This document shows positions 18,851 through 29,400 of a DNA stretch of 64,000 nt, one piece after another (the first letter of the stretch is position 1; each line of letters starts with the position of its first letter). A model generated the notes under the pieces. That model worked only from the letters and a program-made list of their open reading frames with translations. It did no database searches and was not told where the DNA came from. The stretch comes from Candidatus Aminicenantes bacterium. GTDB taxonomy: Bacteria; Acidobacteriota; Aminicenantia; UBA2199. The stretch spans positions 96,081-160,080 of the forward strand of contig JADFDP010000001.1 of assembly GCA_018262835.1 (NCBI GenBank). Direction: 5' to 3'. A program made the translations under genes and the position numbers.

Positions 18851-19822
18851 TTATTTCTCCGCCGTGATCTCTGAGATGATCTCCAGCACTCGGGAATGAA
18901 CGCGGCCGTTGCTGGCCAGGATGCCGCGGTTGTGGCTCAGCGTCTTGCCGGCGGAAAAATCGAGTTTTTTCCCGTCGATGTCGCTGACCCAGCCGCCGGC
19001 TTCTTCCACGATCAAGCTGCCGGCGGCGTGGTCCCAGATCTTCTCGCGGTAGTCGGGGGTGGCGGGGTTGGGGATGCGCAGGTAGATATCGGCCTGGCCT
19101 GATGCCACGATGCCGTACTTGACCTGGCTGTCCATCTGCTCGGGGGGGCTCGAGATCAGCAGGCGGCGGGATATCTCGAGCTGGGTGTCCTTGTCGCTGT
19201 GCGAGGACTCGTAGCTTTCTACGAATTTCATCAGGCGCGGATCGGTTTTGACCGAAGCGCGAATGGGCTCGGCGCTGCCGGTCATGGCCGAGATCCTCCA
19301 GCTGCCCTGGCCCTGAATGGCCCAGAACAGGGTGCCGCCGGAAGCCGGCGGCAGGTTCGGGCAGCCCAGGATGCCTAGGCGGACCAGGCCTCCCTGGACC
19401 AGCGCCAGGGCGATGGCGAACTGTTCGCCGCGCAGGAAGCCCTTGGTGCCGTCGATGGGGTCCAGGGTCCAGAAAGTCGCGTTGGGTTCCGCTCCGCCAA
19501 GATCGATGCAGTCGCAGATCTCTTTTTCCCTCAGGGGTGCGTCGCTCTTTTTCAGGTAATGAATGATCTTGGCGAACAATCCCCAATTTTCGGAACGGCG
19601 CAGGGCCAGCGAGTCTTCTTCGCCCACGATGGGCATGCCGGGGAAATGGCTGCTGAGAATTTTGCAGATCAGGGCCTGGACGGCAAAATCGGCGATAGTC
19701 ACCGGGCTGCGGTCGGTCTTGGTCAGGGTGTCGCCGCTGGTCAATTCCTTCTGTATCGTGCCCGCCATGGCCATGGCCATGCCGACCGCCTGCAGGCCGA
19801 TTTCCTTTTCTTTTTGCAACAT
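18851..19822 (-). CDS. 3'(2'),5'-bisphosphate nucleotidase / inositol monophosphatase family (HAL2/CysQ-like)
   Basis: It has the motifs WTLDPIDGTKGF and IWDHAAGSLIVEEAGG. Confidence 0.85.
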   Translation of the reverse strand: MLQKEKEIGLQAVGMAMAMAGTIQKELTSGDTLTKTDRSPVTIADFAVQALICKILSSHFPGMPIVGEEDSLALRRSENWGLFAKIIHYLKKSDAPLREKEICDCIDLGGAEPNATFWTLDPIDGTKGFLRGEQFAIALALVQGGLVRLGILGCPNLPPASGGTLFWAIQGQGSWRISAMTGSAEPIRASVKTDPRLMKFVESYESSHSDKDTQLEISRRLLISSPPEQMDSQVKYGIVASGQADIYLRIPNPATPDYREKIWDHAAGSLIVEEAGGWVSDIDGKKLDFSAGKTLSHNRGILASNGRVHSRVLEIISEITAEK

Positions 19823-19864
19823 GAGAATTCCTTATTTATGGTTTACGCAAGTGGTTCGGGATGG

Positions 19865-20209
19865 CTAGCTGCGGTCGAAGTCGTCCTGGTATCGGGTGAT
19901 GTCGTCCTCGCCCAAATAGGTCCCGGTCTGCACTTCGATAAAGACCAGCTCTTCTTTTCCCGGATTTTCCATGCGGTGCTTGGTCTTTTCCGGAATAAAG
20001 ACCGCCTGCCTTTTTTCCAGTCTGACAATCTCCTCACCCAGGGTGACCAGGGCCTGCCCCCGCGCCACCACCCAGTTCTCGGCGCGGTGTTCGTGGCTTT
20101 GCAGGGAAAGCCTTTTCCCGGGCTTGACCAAGATGCGCTTGACCTTCAGGCCTGTTTCTTCGAACAGGATCTCGAAGCCGCCCCAGGGCCGCTCTTCCTT
20201 GTAGTTCAT
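19865..20209 (-). CDS. Stand-alone cupin, similar to the type II mannose-6-phosphate isomerase C-terminal domain
   Basis: It has RPWGGFEIL...[25 protein letters not shown]. Its ATG overlaps the gmd stop (ATGA). Confidence 0.75.
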   Translation of the reverse strand: MNYKEERPWGGFEILFEETGLKVKRILVKPGKRLSLQSHEHRAENWVVARGQALVTLGEEIVRLEKRQAVFIPEKTKHRMENPGKEELVFIEVQTGTYLGEDDITRYQDDFDRS

Positions 20210-21180
20210 AAGCGGTAGTCCTTTTTAAGCAGGGCCATGTCGGAATCGACCATCATTTTGATCAATTCGGCGAAGTGGACCTTGGGCTGCCAGCCCAGTA
20301 TTTTTTTGGCCTTGCTGAAGTCGCCGCGGAGCAGGTCGACTTCGGCCGGGCGGATGAATTTGTTGTCCAGGACCACAAAATCTTTGTAATCGAGGCCCAG
20401 GTGCGAAAAGGCGATCTCCACCAGCTCCTGCACCGAATGGGTCTCGCCGCTGGCGATCACGAAGTCATCGGGCTTGTCCTGCTGCAGCATCAGCCACATG
20501 GCCTCGACATAGTCCAGGGCGAAGCCCCAGTCGCGCTGGGCTCCCAGATTGCCCAGGCGCAGCTCCTGGCTCAAGCCAAGTTTGATCCTGGCGGCGTTGT
20601 AGGTGACCTTGCGGGTGACGAACTCGATGCCCCGGCGGGGTGACTCGTGGTTGAAAAGTATGCCCGAAACACCGAAGATGTTGTAGCTTTCCCGGTAATT
20701 GACCGTGATCCAATGGCCGTAGACCTTGGCCACGCCGTAGGGGCTGCGCGGATGAAAGGGGGTCAGCTCGGTTTGGGGGATCTCCTTGACCATGCCGAAC
20801 ATTTCCGATGAAGAAGCCTGGTAAAAGCGTATGCGCGGATTGACGGCGCGGATGGCTTCCAGCATGCGGGTGACGCCGATGGCCGTGAATTCCGCGGTCA
20901 GCACCGGCTGGTCCCATGAGGTGGGGACAAAGCTCATGGCGGCCAGGTTGTATACTTCGTCGGGTTGGATCTCCGCGATGACCTTGCTGATGGAATACTG
21001 GTCCAGCAGGTCGGCCTGCCGGATCTTGATGCGGTCCTTGATGTGTTCGATGCGGTCGAATTTTTCCATGCTGGAACGGCGCACCATGCCGTAGACCTCA
21101 TACCCTTTGTCCAGCAGGAAATCGGCGAGGTAGGACCCGTCCTGACCGGTGACGCCGGTGATCAAAGCTTTTTTGGCCAT
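20206..21180 (-). CDS. gmd: GDP-mannose 4,6-dehydratase
   Basis: It has [35 protein letters not shown] and the SDR YxxxK (YGVAKVY). The start is set at MAKKAL (ATG 21178-21180). Confidence 0.95.
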   Translation of the reverse strand: MAKKALITGVTGQDGSYLADFLLDKGYEVYGMVRRSSMEKFDRIEHIKDRIKIRQADLLDQYSISKVIAEIQPDEVYNLAAMSFVPTSWDQPVLTAEFTAIGVTRMLEAIRAVNPRIRFYQASSSEMFGMVKEIPQTELTPFHPRSPYGVAKVYGHWITVNYRESYNIFGVSGILFNHESPRRGIEFVTRKVTYNAARIKLGLSQELRLGNLGAQRDWGFALDYVEAMWLMLQQDKPDDFVIASGETHSVQELVEIAFSHLGLDYKDFVVLDNKFIRPAEVDLLRGDFSKAKKILGWQPKVHFAELIKMMVDSDMALLKKDYRL

Positions 21181-21275
21181 AGTCGCTCCTCTGTAAGAAA
21201 TCATTTTAGCCGAATCACCGCGGCGAGTCAAATCGCTCAGCGGCAGGACCGACTTCGTCCATCCGCCGTTGACAT

Positions 21276-21304
21276 TTGAAATTATTGGCTGCAAATCCTA
21301 TAAT
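21276..21304 (+). promoter_or_regulatory. Near-consensus sigma70-type promoter for the small ORF 21322..21513
   Basis: It reads TTGAAA (21276-21281), a 17-nt spacer, then TATAAT (21299-21304), followed by GGAGAAA and the ATG. Confidence 0.5.
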
Positions 21305-21321
21305 GTGCCTGGAGAAACGGC

Positions 21322-21513
21322 ATGACTCTGGACGATTATATTGAAATTCAGCTGATCAAAGTAAAGATATCCCGCAAGCAGGCCGACCGGCAACTGCTGC
21401 AGTGGCTTCTGGAATTACGAACTCTGCGCGGGCAGGTCAAACAGCTTGAAGCGGACAACAAGCGCCTGAAGCGTGACTATGAAAAAGTCCTTTTGCAAAA
21501 CCCGCGCGACTGA
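21322..21513 (+). CDS. Small (63-aa) coiled-coil protein, function unknown
   Basis: It has an ATG with a GGAGAAA RBS and a near-consensus promoter. The sequence is heptad-like (LRGQVKQLEADNKRLKRDYEKVLL), and no larger ORF competes for this interval. Confidence 0.45.
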   Translation: MTLDDYIEIQLIKVKISRKQADRQLLQWLLELRTLRGQVKQLEADNKRLKRDYEKVLLQNPRD

Positions 21514-21528
21514 AGCGTCATCCCGGCG

Positions 21529-22476
21529 TCAGGACATTTCTTTTCTGAATTCCTCTTTCAACAGCGGCACGACGACGAACAGGTCGCCGACGATGCCGTA
21601 GTCGGCTTTCTTGAAGATGGGGGCTTCCGGGTCCTTGTTGACCGCCACGATGATCTTCGAGGTCTTCATGCCCACGAAATGCTGGATGGCTCCCGATATG
21701 CCGCAGGCAACATAAAGCTTGGGGTTGACCACCTTGCCGGTCTGTCCCACCTGCATGTCGGATGTGGCGAAACCGGCGTCGACCGCGGCCCGCGAAGCGC
21801 CGACCCCGGCATTCAGAACCTTGGCCAGGTCCTCCAGGATGATGAAATTTTCCTTGCCCTTCATGGCCCGGCCTCCGGAGACAATGATCTCGGCTTCGGT
21901 CAGATCTATTTTTTGTGAGGCGCTCTTGAGTACTTCGGTGATCTTTGTCCCCAATTCGCCGCTGTCCATGGCCACGGTCCTGACTTCCGGCGTCGCGGCC
22001 GCCGCCGTGGTCTCGACGGCGATGACGTTGGGCCTGACGGTGAACAGGGCCGTCCCGGCATCGATCCGGTATTCGGCCAGCAGCTTGCCCGAATAGACCG
22101 GCTTGAGGGCTTGGCGCTTGTCCAGGTCGACGGCCAGGCAGTCGCTGACCAGGCTGGCCTTGGCCTTGGCGGCCAGGCGCGGGAACAAATCCTTGCCCTG
22201 GGCGGAAAAAATGCCGCAAAAAATGTCGAGTTTGAATTCCTGGATGACCGCGGCCAGGGTGCGGGCGTAACGGTCGGGCTGGTAGGAGAGGTCGGCCCCT
22301 TTGACCTGGACGACGGTCTGGATGCCTTTCAGCTCCTCCATGTACGGCTGCGTGTCCTGGCAAAAAAGCACGGCGTGCACTGGCTGGCCGCTTTTCCTGG
22401 CCAGGCTGAGCAGTTCCCGGTTCGATTTTTTGAAAACCCCGTCCTTCAATTCCATATACAATCCGATATTGGCCAT
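21529..22476 (-). CDS. etfA: Electron transfer flavoprotein alpha subunit
   Basis: It has the C-terminal FAD-binding signature ([34 protein letters not shown]). Confidence 0.92.
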   Translation of the reverse strand: MANIGLYMELKDGVFKKSNRELLSLARKSGQPVHAVLFCQDTQPYMEELKGIQTVVQVKGADLSYQPDRYARTLAAVIQEFKLDIFCGIFSAQGKDLFPRLAAKAKASLVSDCLAVDLDKRQALKPVYSGKLLAEYRIDAGTALFTVRPNVIAVETTAAAATPEVRTVAMDSGELGTKITEVLKSASQKIDLTEAEIIVSGGRAMKGKENFIILEDLAKVLNAGVGASRAAVDAGFATSDMQVGQTGKVVNPKLYVACGISGAIQHFVGMKTSKIIVAVNKDPEAPIFKKADYGIVGDLFVVVPLLKEEFRKEMS

Positions 22477-22485
22477 GTTCGTCTC

Positions 22486-23256
22486 CTACAGCACCTTGGC
22501 TTCTTCGCGCAGAAGCCGGACCAATTCGTGCACGGCCGCGGCCGGCTCGCCGGGAATGATCCTTCCCTGAGGTTTTTCGGCCGGCGCCGACAGCTTGAGC
22601 AGGCGAATTCTGTTCTGGGACTCGTCAATGCCGATTTCGCTCAGCGTGATTTTCTTTATTTCAACCTTTTTGGCTTTCATGATGCCCATCATCGAGGCGT
22701 AGCGGGGGGTATTCAGGCCCTTGGCCGCGGCCACGACGCAAGGGACGGCCATTTCGATCTTTTCCCTGGCCCCTTCGTCAATCTCCCGTTCCACCTTGAC
22801 CTTCTGTTCCTCGAGGGCGAAAGCCATGACGTTGGTGGCCGCCGGGATGCCCAGCTCCTCGGCGAGCAGGATGTGCAGCTGATAGGCGTCGTCGTCGATG
22901 GCCTGCTTGCCCATGAAAATGACCCCGAAATCCTTGTCCATGCGAATGACCTGGGCCAGGGCCCGGGCCGTGTTCTGATAATCCAGGGCCACAGTGCATT
23001 CCACGTGCACGGCGCGGTCGGCCCCCATGGCCAGGGCGGTGCGCAGCGCGTTTTGCACCCGCTCCGGCCCAAGGCATACGGCGGTCAGCATGGAAGCGGG
23101 AATTTTTTCCTTCAGTTTCAAGGCCTCTTCGATGGCGTATTCATCGTAGGGGCTGACGATCCACTTGATGGCCGCCTCATTGATGGATTTGCCGTCCTTG
23201 ACCAGAATGCTGGCCTCGGTATCGGGAACCTGCTTGACGCAAACGTAAATATTCAC
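22486..23256 (-). CDS. etfB: Electron transfer flavoprotein beta subunit
   Basis: It begins (V)NIYVCVKQVPDTEA, which is typical of EtfB. The GTG start at 23254-23256 has GGAGGA 5 nt upstream. The tracked ORF's upstream extension to 23388 is not EtfB-like. Confidence 0.9.
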   Translation of the reverse strand: MNIYVCVKQVPDTEASILVKDGKSINEAAIKWIVSPYDEYAIEEALKLKEKIPASMLTAVCLGPERVQNALRTALAMGADRAVHVECTVALDYQNTARALAQVIRMDKDFGVIFMGKQAIDDDAYQLHILLAEELGIPAATNVMAFALEEQKVKVEREIDEGAREKIEMAVPCVVAAAKGLNTPRYASMMGIMKAKKVEIKKITLSEIGIDESQNRIRLLKLSAPAEKPQGRIIPGEPAAAVHELVRLLREEAKVL

Positions 23257-23317
23257 TTTTTCCTCCAAAATATGAAAAAAAAGGTTTGAATACGGGAATC
23301 TTGCCTGGAAACGCCTA

Positions 23318-23346
23318 TTTATAGCGCAAAAACGATACAAAGTCAA
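23318..23346 (-). promoter_or_regulatory. Putative sigma70-type promoter of etfBA
   Basis: On the minus strand it reads TTGACT (23341-23346), a 17-nt spacer, then TATAAA (23318-23323). Confidence 0.4.
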
Positions 23347-23403
23347 CCGCCCCCCGCTGCCTGACCAACAGCAGGGAGCCTTGACCACTCCGGAGCGAAC
23401 TTC

Positions 23404-26400
23404 CTACTGTTTCTGATCTTCGACGATGATCTGGATCTTCACTACATCCAATGACCCTGAATACAGAGTTTGGTTTTTATCCACCTTCAGCAGTTCCCGC
23501 CAGAGGTCCGGCAGGTTGTTCATGATGAATTCGCCGTTGCTGCCGCTGCTGCACTCCTTGTCGCCGGCTTTGAGCCGGATGCCAACCAGCCGCGGTTCGT
23601 TCTCATCGCAGCGCCCGTTCCGGTCGTCATCCCGGAAAATGAAACCGCGCAGCCGGTGGCAGGGAACCAACGCATAGGTCAACTCCCGGCGCTGGCTGCG
23701 GCTGGCAAGCTGGGTGGGCGGAGAGATCAGCACCAGGTCCTCCGGGATGGAACGGAAATCGATCTGCACGGCCACGTTTTCCTGGCCAGCCGGGACAAAG
23801 AACCTGCCTTCGGCGTTGCTGCGGAAGAGGCGGCCGCGGTTGTCCTTGAAGCGCATGGCCGCGATGCCGGTTTCGCCGGCATCCTTGCGGCCGTTGAGGT
23901 TGCGGTCGGCATAGACCAATCCCGGGATCAGGTCCTGGGGAAGCAATCGCAACCGGTCGGTCTGGGCAAAGGCCTCGCAATACTCACCTGACGCCGACTC
24001 GGGGCCGAAGGCCTGATAGCCGGTGTAGCCCCGGACCCAGATACTGCCCTGCAGGTAATTCTCCTTGAATTCGCTCGGGATCAGCGCCTGGTAGGTATAC
24101 TGCAGGTAGGAATCCTTCTGCAGGCCCTGGTAACCCCAGGAAAATTCCTTGAACAGGCTCAGATTGGCCGGGAGCTCAGTCCCGGCGAAAACCAGGCTGG
24201 GCGTGAACTCGGCCTTGATGAAAAGCGACGGCAGGTCGGTGGCACTGGCCAGGCCGTTGGGACAGCGGTTTTCCACGCGGACGTTGAAATTCAGCATGTC
24301 TCCCGGCTCGGGATATTCCCGGGGCGCTTCCTTGACCAGCCAGTATTCGGCGGCCGGGAGCGTGCCGTATGCTTCGCTCCAGTTCATGCCCCATTCGCTC
24401 TCCAACAGGTAGGTGAAATAATCCAGGGTGCGCTTGAATTGAAAGTCGTCGTTGTCTTTCGTGGCCGTCAGGTAGAGCAGGATCTGCCAGGGCTGGTACT
24501 GGAAAACCTGGCCGCGGTTCATGTTCTCCACGCGGGTACTCAATGGCAGGCCGGTTTCATGGTCCCAGATATCGGCCAGTTTCTTCCGCGTCGGGGCCAT
24601 ATCCAGCCCCAGGATATTTCGCGCGACGACCTGGGCCGCGATCCCGGCGAAGTCGCGGGCGCGGCCGGACAGGAATTCTCGCAGTTCCTTTTCGAACACG
24701 GGCCGCAGTTCCTGCGGCGCCAGGGAAATGAAGAGCAGGTCCTGGGCTTTCAACATGCCGGATTCTTTCTCCAGGATCTGCTGCCAGAATGCGTCCGGAA
24801 GCGCGTACTGCAGCTTGGCGACCGTTATTTTATCCGCCTTTTCCCGGCTGGGCAGCATGACCAGTTCTCCGGTTTCATTCTTTTTGAAGGCAGTGAAACT
24901 GGCCGGGACGAAGCCGATGATTTTGAATTGGCTGACCAGTTTTTCCTGCATTTCCAGGCTGGCCTCAAGGCGCTGGCGGTCCGCTCCAGGGTTATTCATG
25001 AATATCTTTTCGGCGACCAGCTTGTTGGCCAGGACTTCGGTAGAGAATTCATTCTTGCTGTCCAGCGCTTCCAGGTTCACCCCGGAGGGCCGGGAGCCCT
25101 TGACCGCCAGCTTGGCCCTCGACAGGAAAACGTCTCCCTGCCATTCCAGGCCCGCATGGCTGTCCAGCAGCAGGCGGACGTATTGTTTCCCGGACTGGTC
25201 CAGGCTGCGGCCCTGCTCGCGGATGACGCGCTCCGCGCTGGCGTCCAGATCCTTACCCAGCTGTTGCAGTGAGAACGAGAGCAATCCGATCTGCGCGGTG
25301 TCGGTCTCGTATTGCGGGGCAAAGACCTTGGTATAGGTGACCGGGAGCAAATTCTCGGACGTCAGGGCCGTGTGCGGGGATTGTACCATGGCGGTCTCGC
25401 TGAATATGGGGGCCATGTCGTCGTAAGACTTGATGAACGTCAGCAGGGGCAACATTTCCTGGGTGAAGGGATAGTTCTTGATCAGGTTCAACGGCGGCCG
25501 CTGCACCTGCAGGTTCGTCTTTTTCAGGAACAGGCCCGTTTCCTCGATGGTGCGGTAGATGACCGTTGCGAAGAGGTCTTTTTCGCCCGGCATCTGGCTC
25601 TCGAACGCCAGGATCAGCGGCGCCAGGGTTTCCAGACCGATCTTTTGCTTGAAATCGGCCTGGGGCTCGGCGAAAAGCCCGATGTCGCTGGAGTAATATT
25701 TTTCCTTCATTTTCGCGAAAAGCGCCGGGAAAATGGTGCCGCCGGCCTTGAAATCCGCATATACCGCCAGGGCGTAAGCGGGCAGATCCGCGGGCATGCC
25801 CTTGCCGGCCAGGAACAGTCCTTCGAATTCACGGATCTTTTTCGCCGCCAGCTCGTCTTCACCGTTCTCTTTCAGGGCCAGGATGAACAGGCATTCCTCG
25901 CGCAGGTTGCCGCTGTCGAATTTCTCGTTGTCAAGGGAAGACAGTTCCGTCCGGAGTTGCCGGCCCAGCGTGGCCGCCTCGGGCCGCCCATCTTTGCCGA
26001 GCTCCACCAGGGAAAGGTACAGCGAAGCCCGGTCGTACAAGTTGGCTTTTTCTTTTTGGCGAACGGCCCGGCCGTCGGCGAATTCCCAGCGTTCAGGCAG
26101 GTCGGCAACGTGGGCGGCGACAAAATCGAGCTTGCGGGCGATCAGGCCGTTCAGCTTGTCCTTGCTTTCCGCTTTTTCCTCGCGGGCAACGGCCTTGTTC
26201 ATGGCCAGCAACTCGAAGGCCACCTGGGCCGGGGTCATGCTGCGCATGGTGTTCTTTTCCTTCCAGCGGCCGATTTCCTTCTGCGGGTAATCCCCGGCGT
26301 AGGAGAGCCACAAGCTGCCGTCGGGCAGGGTCAGTCCCAGGCCGGAATGGAAATACAATTCCTCGACATTGGACAGGGCGTAGTTCTTCAGTCTTTCCCT

Positions 26401-29400
26401 GACGAAATCGGGCAGGCTGCCCTTTTCAAAATCGATGTTCTCCCAAAGATGCAGGGCGGCATAGGAGGCGAACATCGCCTTTTCGGTGTGGAAATACGGC
26501 TCGATATAGGCCAGTGCCAGCTCGGGATACTGGACGAAGCCCATGGGGCGTTCCTCGATGACCAGGCAGCAGCCCGCCGCTTCGCGGCGCAGGATGATGC
26601 AGCAGGTCGCTTTTTCCGATTCGCTGCGCCTGCCGTCCTGGGCGGTGCCCCGCACCTGGGCCTGGTTGCAATAGCGCCCGGGATCGGCGTCGGCCGGAGC
26701 GATCAGGCTGTAGACCAGGAGGCGGGATGTACCGGCCGCCAGGTTGCCGATGTTCCAGGTCAGGGTGGTCGTGCCGCCGGGATCGGCGATGGATTTTCCG
26801 TCCAGGGCAGAAGAACCGCTGACATACTGCAGCGGGGCCGGCAGAACGTCCTCGATCTGCACGTCATCCATGCTGCTGCTGCCGCTGTTGCGGATCTCGA
26901 TCTCAAAGCGGTATATCCCCCCGGGTTGCTGGGCGGGCGGGCAGGTTTTTTTGATCTCCAGCCGCGGTTCACCCAGGAAAGGGCAATTGACGGTGACGAT
27001 ACGGGTATTGTTCTCGCCGTTGCACTCGCAGATCTCGTTGGTCTCGTCGATGACCATGCGGAAGGAATGGGCAACTCCCGGCGTGTAGGTGGCACTGGTG
27101 AAGTCCAGGCTCACCGTCGCGCCGGCCGCGATGGAGATCCTTTTTTCAAAGATCAGGGCGGGCGCTTCATCGTAGATGCGGATCAAGGTGTTGTTGGCGG
27201 CGCTGTTGCCCGAATTGGTCACCTTCAAGGTCCACTGGATGGTGCCGGAAGGCTGGCACTGCCAGGAAATGTCCGCAAAAGCAAGGTCCAGGCAGGCGGC
27301 CTCGATGTTAACGCAGCGGTCGTTGTTGCTGCCGTTCCATTCGCAGATGGCGTCATTGTAATCCGCCTCGATGCGGACGGAAAGCCCGCAGCCGGGCACG
27401 AGCGTGCAAAGGTCCTTGGAGACGTCACGGGAGCGAACGCTGAAGTTCTGGGTGCCGCCCGTGGCGGACATGTTCACTCCGGAGAAGACCTGGGTCCACT
27501 GGTCGAGCACGCTGCCGCGGCAGCCGCTTTCGCCACAAAGGGTGAAACGCACGGCGATATTGTCGGTCAGGGCCTGGCCGCAGCCCAGGTTGGCCAGGCG
27601 GACCGTGCCGCCGATGGTGACGGTGCCGTCACTGCTGCAGGCGGCGTTCAGGTTCGCCGCCTCCACCGTGATATCAGGAATGGCCAGGAGCAGCGTGTTG
27701 CTGCCGGCATTGTTGCCGCCGTCCAATTCGCAGATGGCGTTGTCCGGGTCGATGCTGGCGGTGAAATTGCAGGTGCAACCGACGATGCCGGAGGTGAAGT
27801 TGAAGACCACGTCGCGGCTCTCGCCGGCGGCGAGAGAAATAGTCTGTTCGCTGAAAGTCAGGCCGCAGTCGGAGCTCAAGCGTACCACCACGTTGCTGGC
27901 GTCAGCGCAGCCGGTGTTGGCCACGGTTACGGTGGTGCCGGTGAGGCTGCCGTCGCCCAGGCAGACAACGGCGCTGGCCACGGAAGTGATGGTCAGATCG
28001 GGAAAGGGCAGGGTGTAGGTGGTGGAGGCCTGATTGTTGGCGCCGGTGCATTCGCAGATGGCGTTCTGCGAGTCCACGGTCACGGCGATGGCCGGGAAGC
28101 TGCAGACATACGGGGCGACGGTGAACGAGCGGGTCCAGTTGAAGGTCACGCTGGAGGAGGCGCCCGGGGCGATGGGCAGGGTGCCGCCCAGGTCGGCATT
28201 GTAAAAGAGCTCGGAGGTCCAACCCCGGCCATCGTCCACCAATATGCTGAAATCGCTGTTAATGGCATTGCCGCCGCTGTTGCGCATGGTTACGGTAATG
28301 GTGTTGTTAATGGTGGTGTCCGCGGCGCAGTTCGTATTTGCGGTTACGTTTACAGCCTCAAGGTCGAGACAATTCGAGGTTTTATCGGTACAATAGGTAT
28401 TGTCGGTGCCATCCCATTCGCAGATGGAGTTGGTGTGGTCGGTTTCGATATGGATGGACACCAGGCAGTTGAGGGTGTCGGTACAGAAGTTGGCGGCGAT
28501 ATCCTGCGGCTGGATGGTAAATGTCTGGGTACCGCCGGTAGCGGCGATGCTTACTCCTGTAAATATCTGGGTCCATTGGTTAACCTGGCTGCCGCCGCAC
28601 CCAGGGCTGTTAAACAAGGTAAAACGCATGGGGATATTGTCGGTAAGGTTCGGGCCGCAGCCGTTATTGATCAAGGTAACGGAACCGGATACCCGTATCA
28701 CGCCGTCATCCAGGCAGGTCACCAGCAGTGCCTCATCCTGGATTTCCAGGTCCGGGATGGAAATGTTTTGGGAAGAGGTTCGGGTATTGTTGCCACCCTC
28801 ACATTCGCAGATGGTATCGTTTGGATCGATGACAGCAGTAAAATTACAGGTGCAGGTTACCATCCCGGACGTAAAGGGGAAAAAAACATCTCGTGTTTCG
28901 CCTGCGGCCAGCTCAACGGTCTGATCAGGGAAGGTTAAGCCACAGTCGGATGTGAGTCGTACCACCACGCCGGTGGCGTTGCCGCACCCGGTATTGCTGA
29001 CATTGACCGTGGTTTCGTCTAGGCTGCCGTCGCTGCTGCAAATTACCGTGTTCGCCACGCTATTGACGGTCAAATCCGGGGTGTTTATCGGTTTATCGGC
29101 ACATCGTGAATTATCCGCGCCGTCGCTTTCACAAATACTGTTGGCATAGTCTGCTTCTATGAGGATTGATGTCTGGCAGCCGCTGGAATTGGTGCAAATA
29201 TTGGTGGTAATGTCGTGGGAGGTTATGGCAAAGACCTGGGTGCCGCCGCCGGCAGCGATATTGACGCCGGTCAGCGTTTCCGTCCACTGGGAGAGGACAT
29301 TTCCCGCGCAGCCGCTGTTGTCATACAGGGTGAAGCGCACCGGCACATCGGCGGTGAGGTTGGAGCCGCAGCCGGCGTTGGCAAGGGCGACGATGCCGGA

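Noticed and set aside
25312-28938. 1,208-aa ORF on the plus strand, the second-longest ORF in the window
   Set aside because: It lies entirely antisense to the giant gene. Its Gly/Ala/Arg/Val-rich low-complexity composition is typical of shadow frames in GC-rich repetitive coding DNA. It has no signal, motif or RBS, whereas the minus-strand frame has clear domain repeats.
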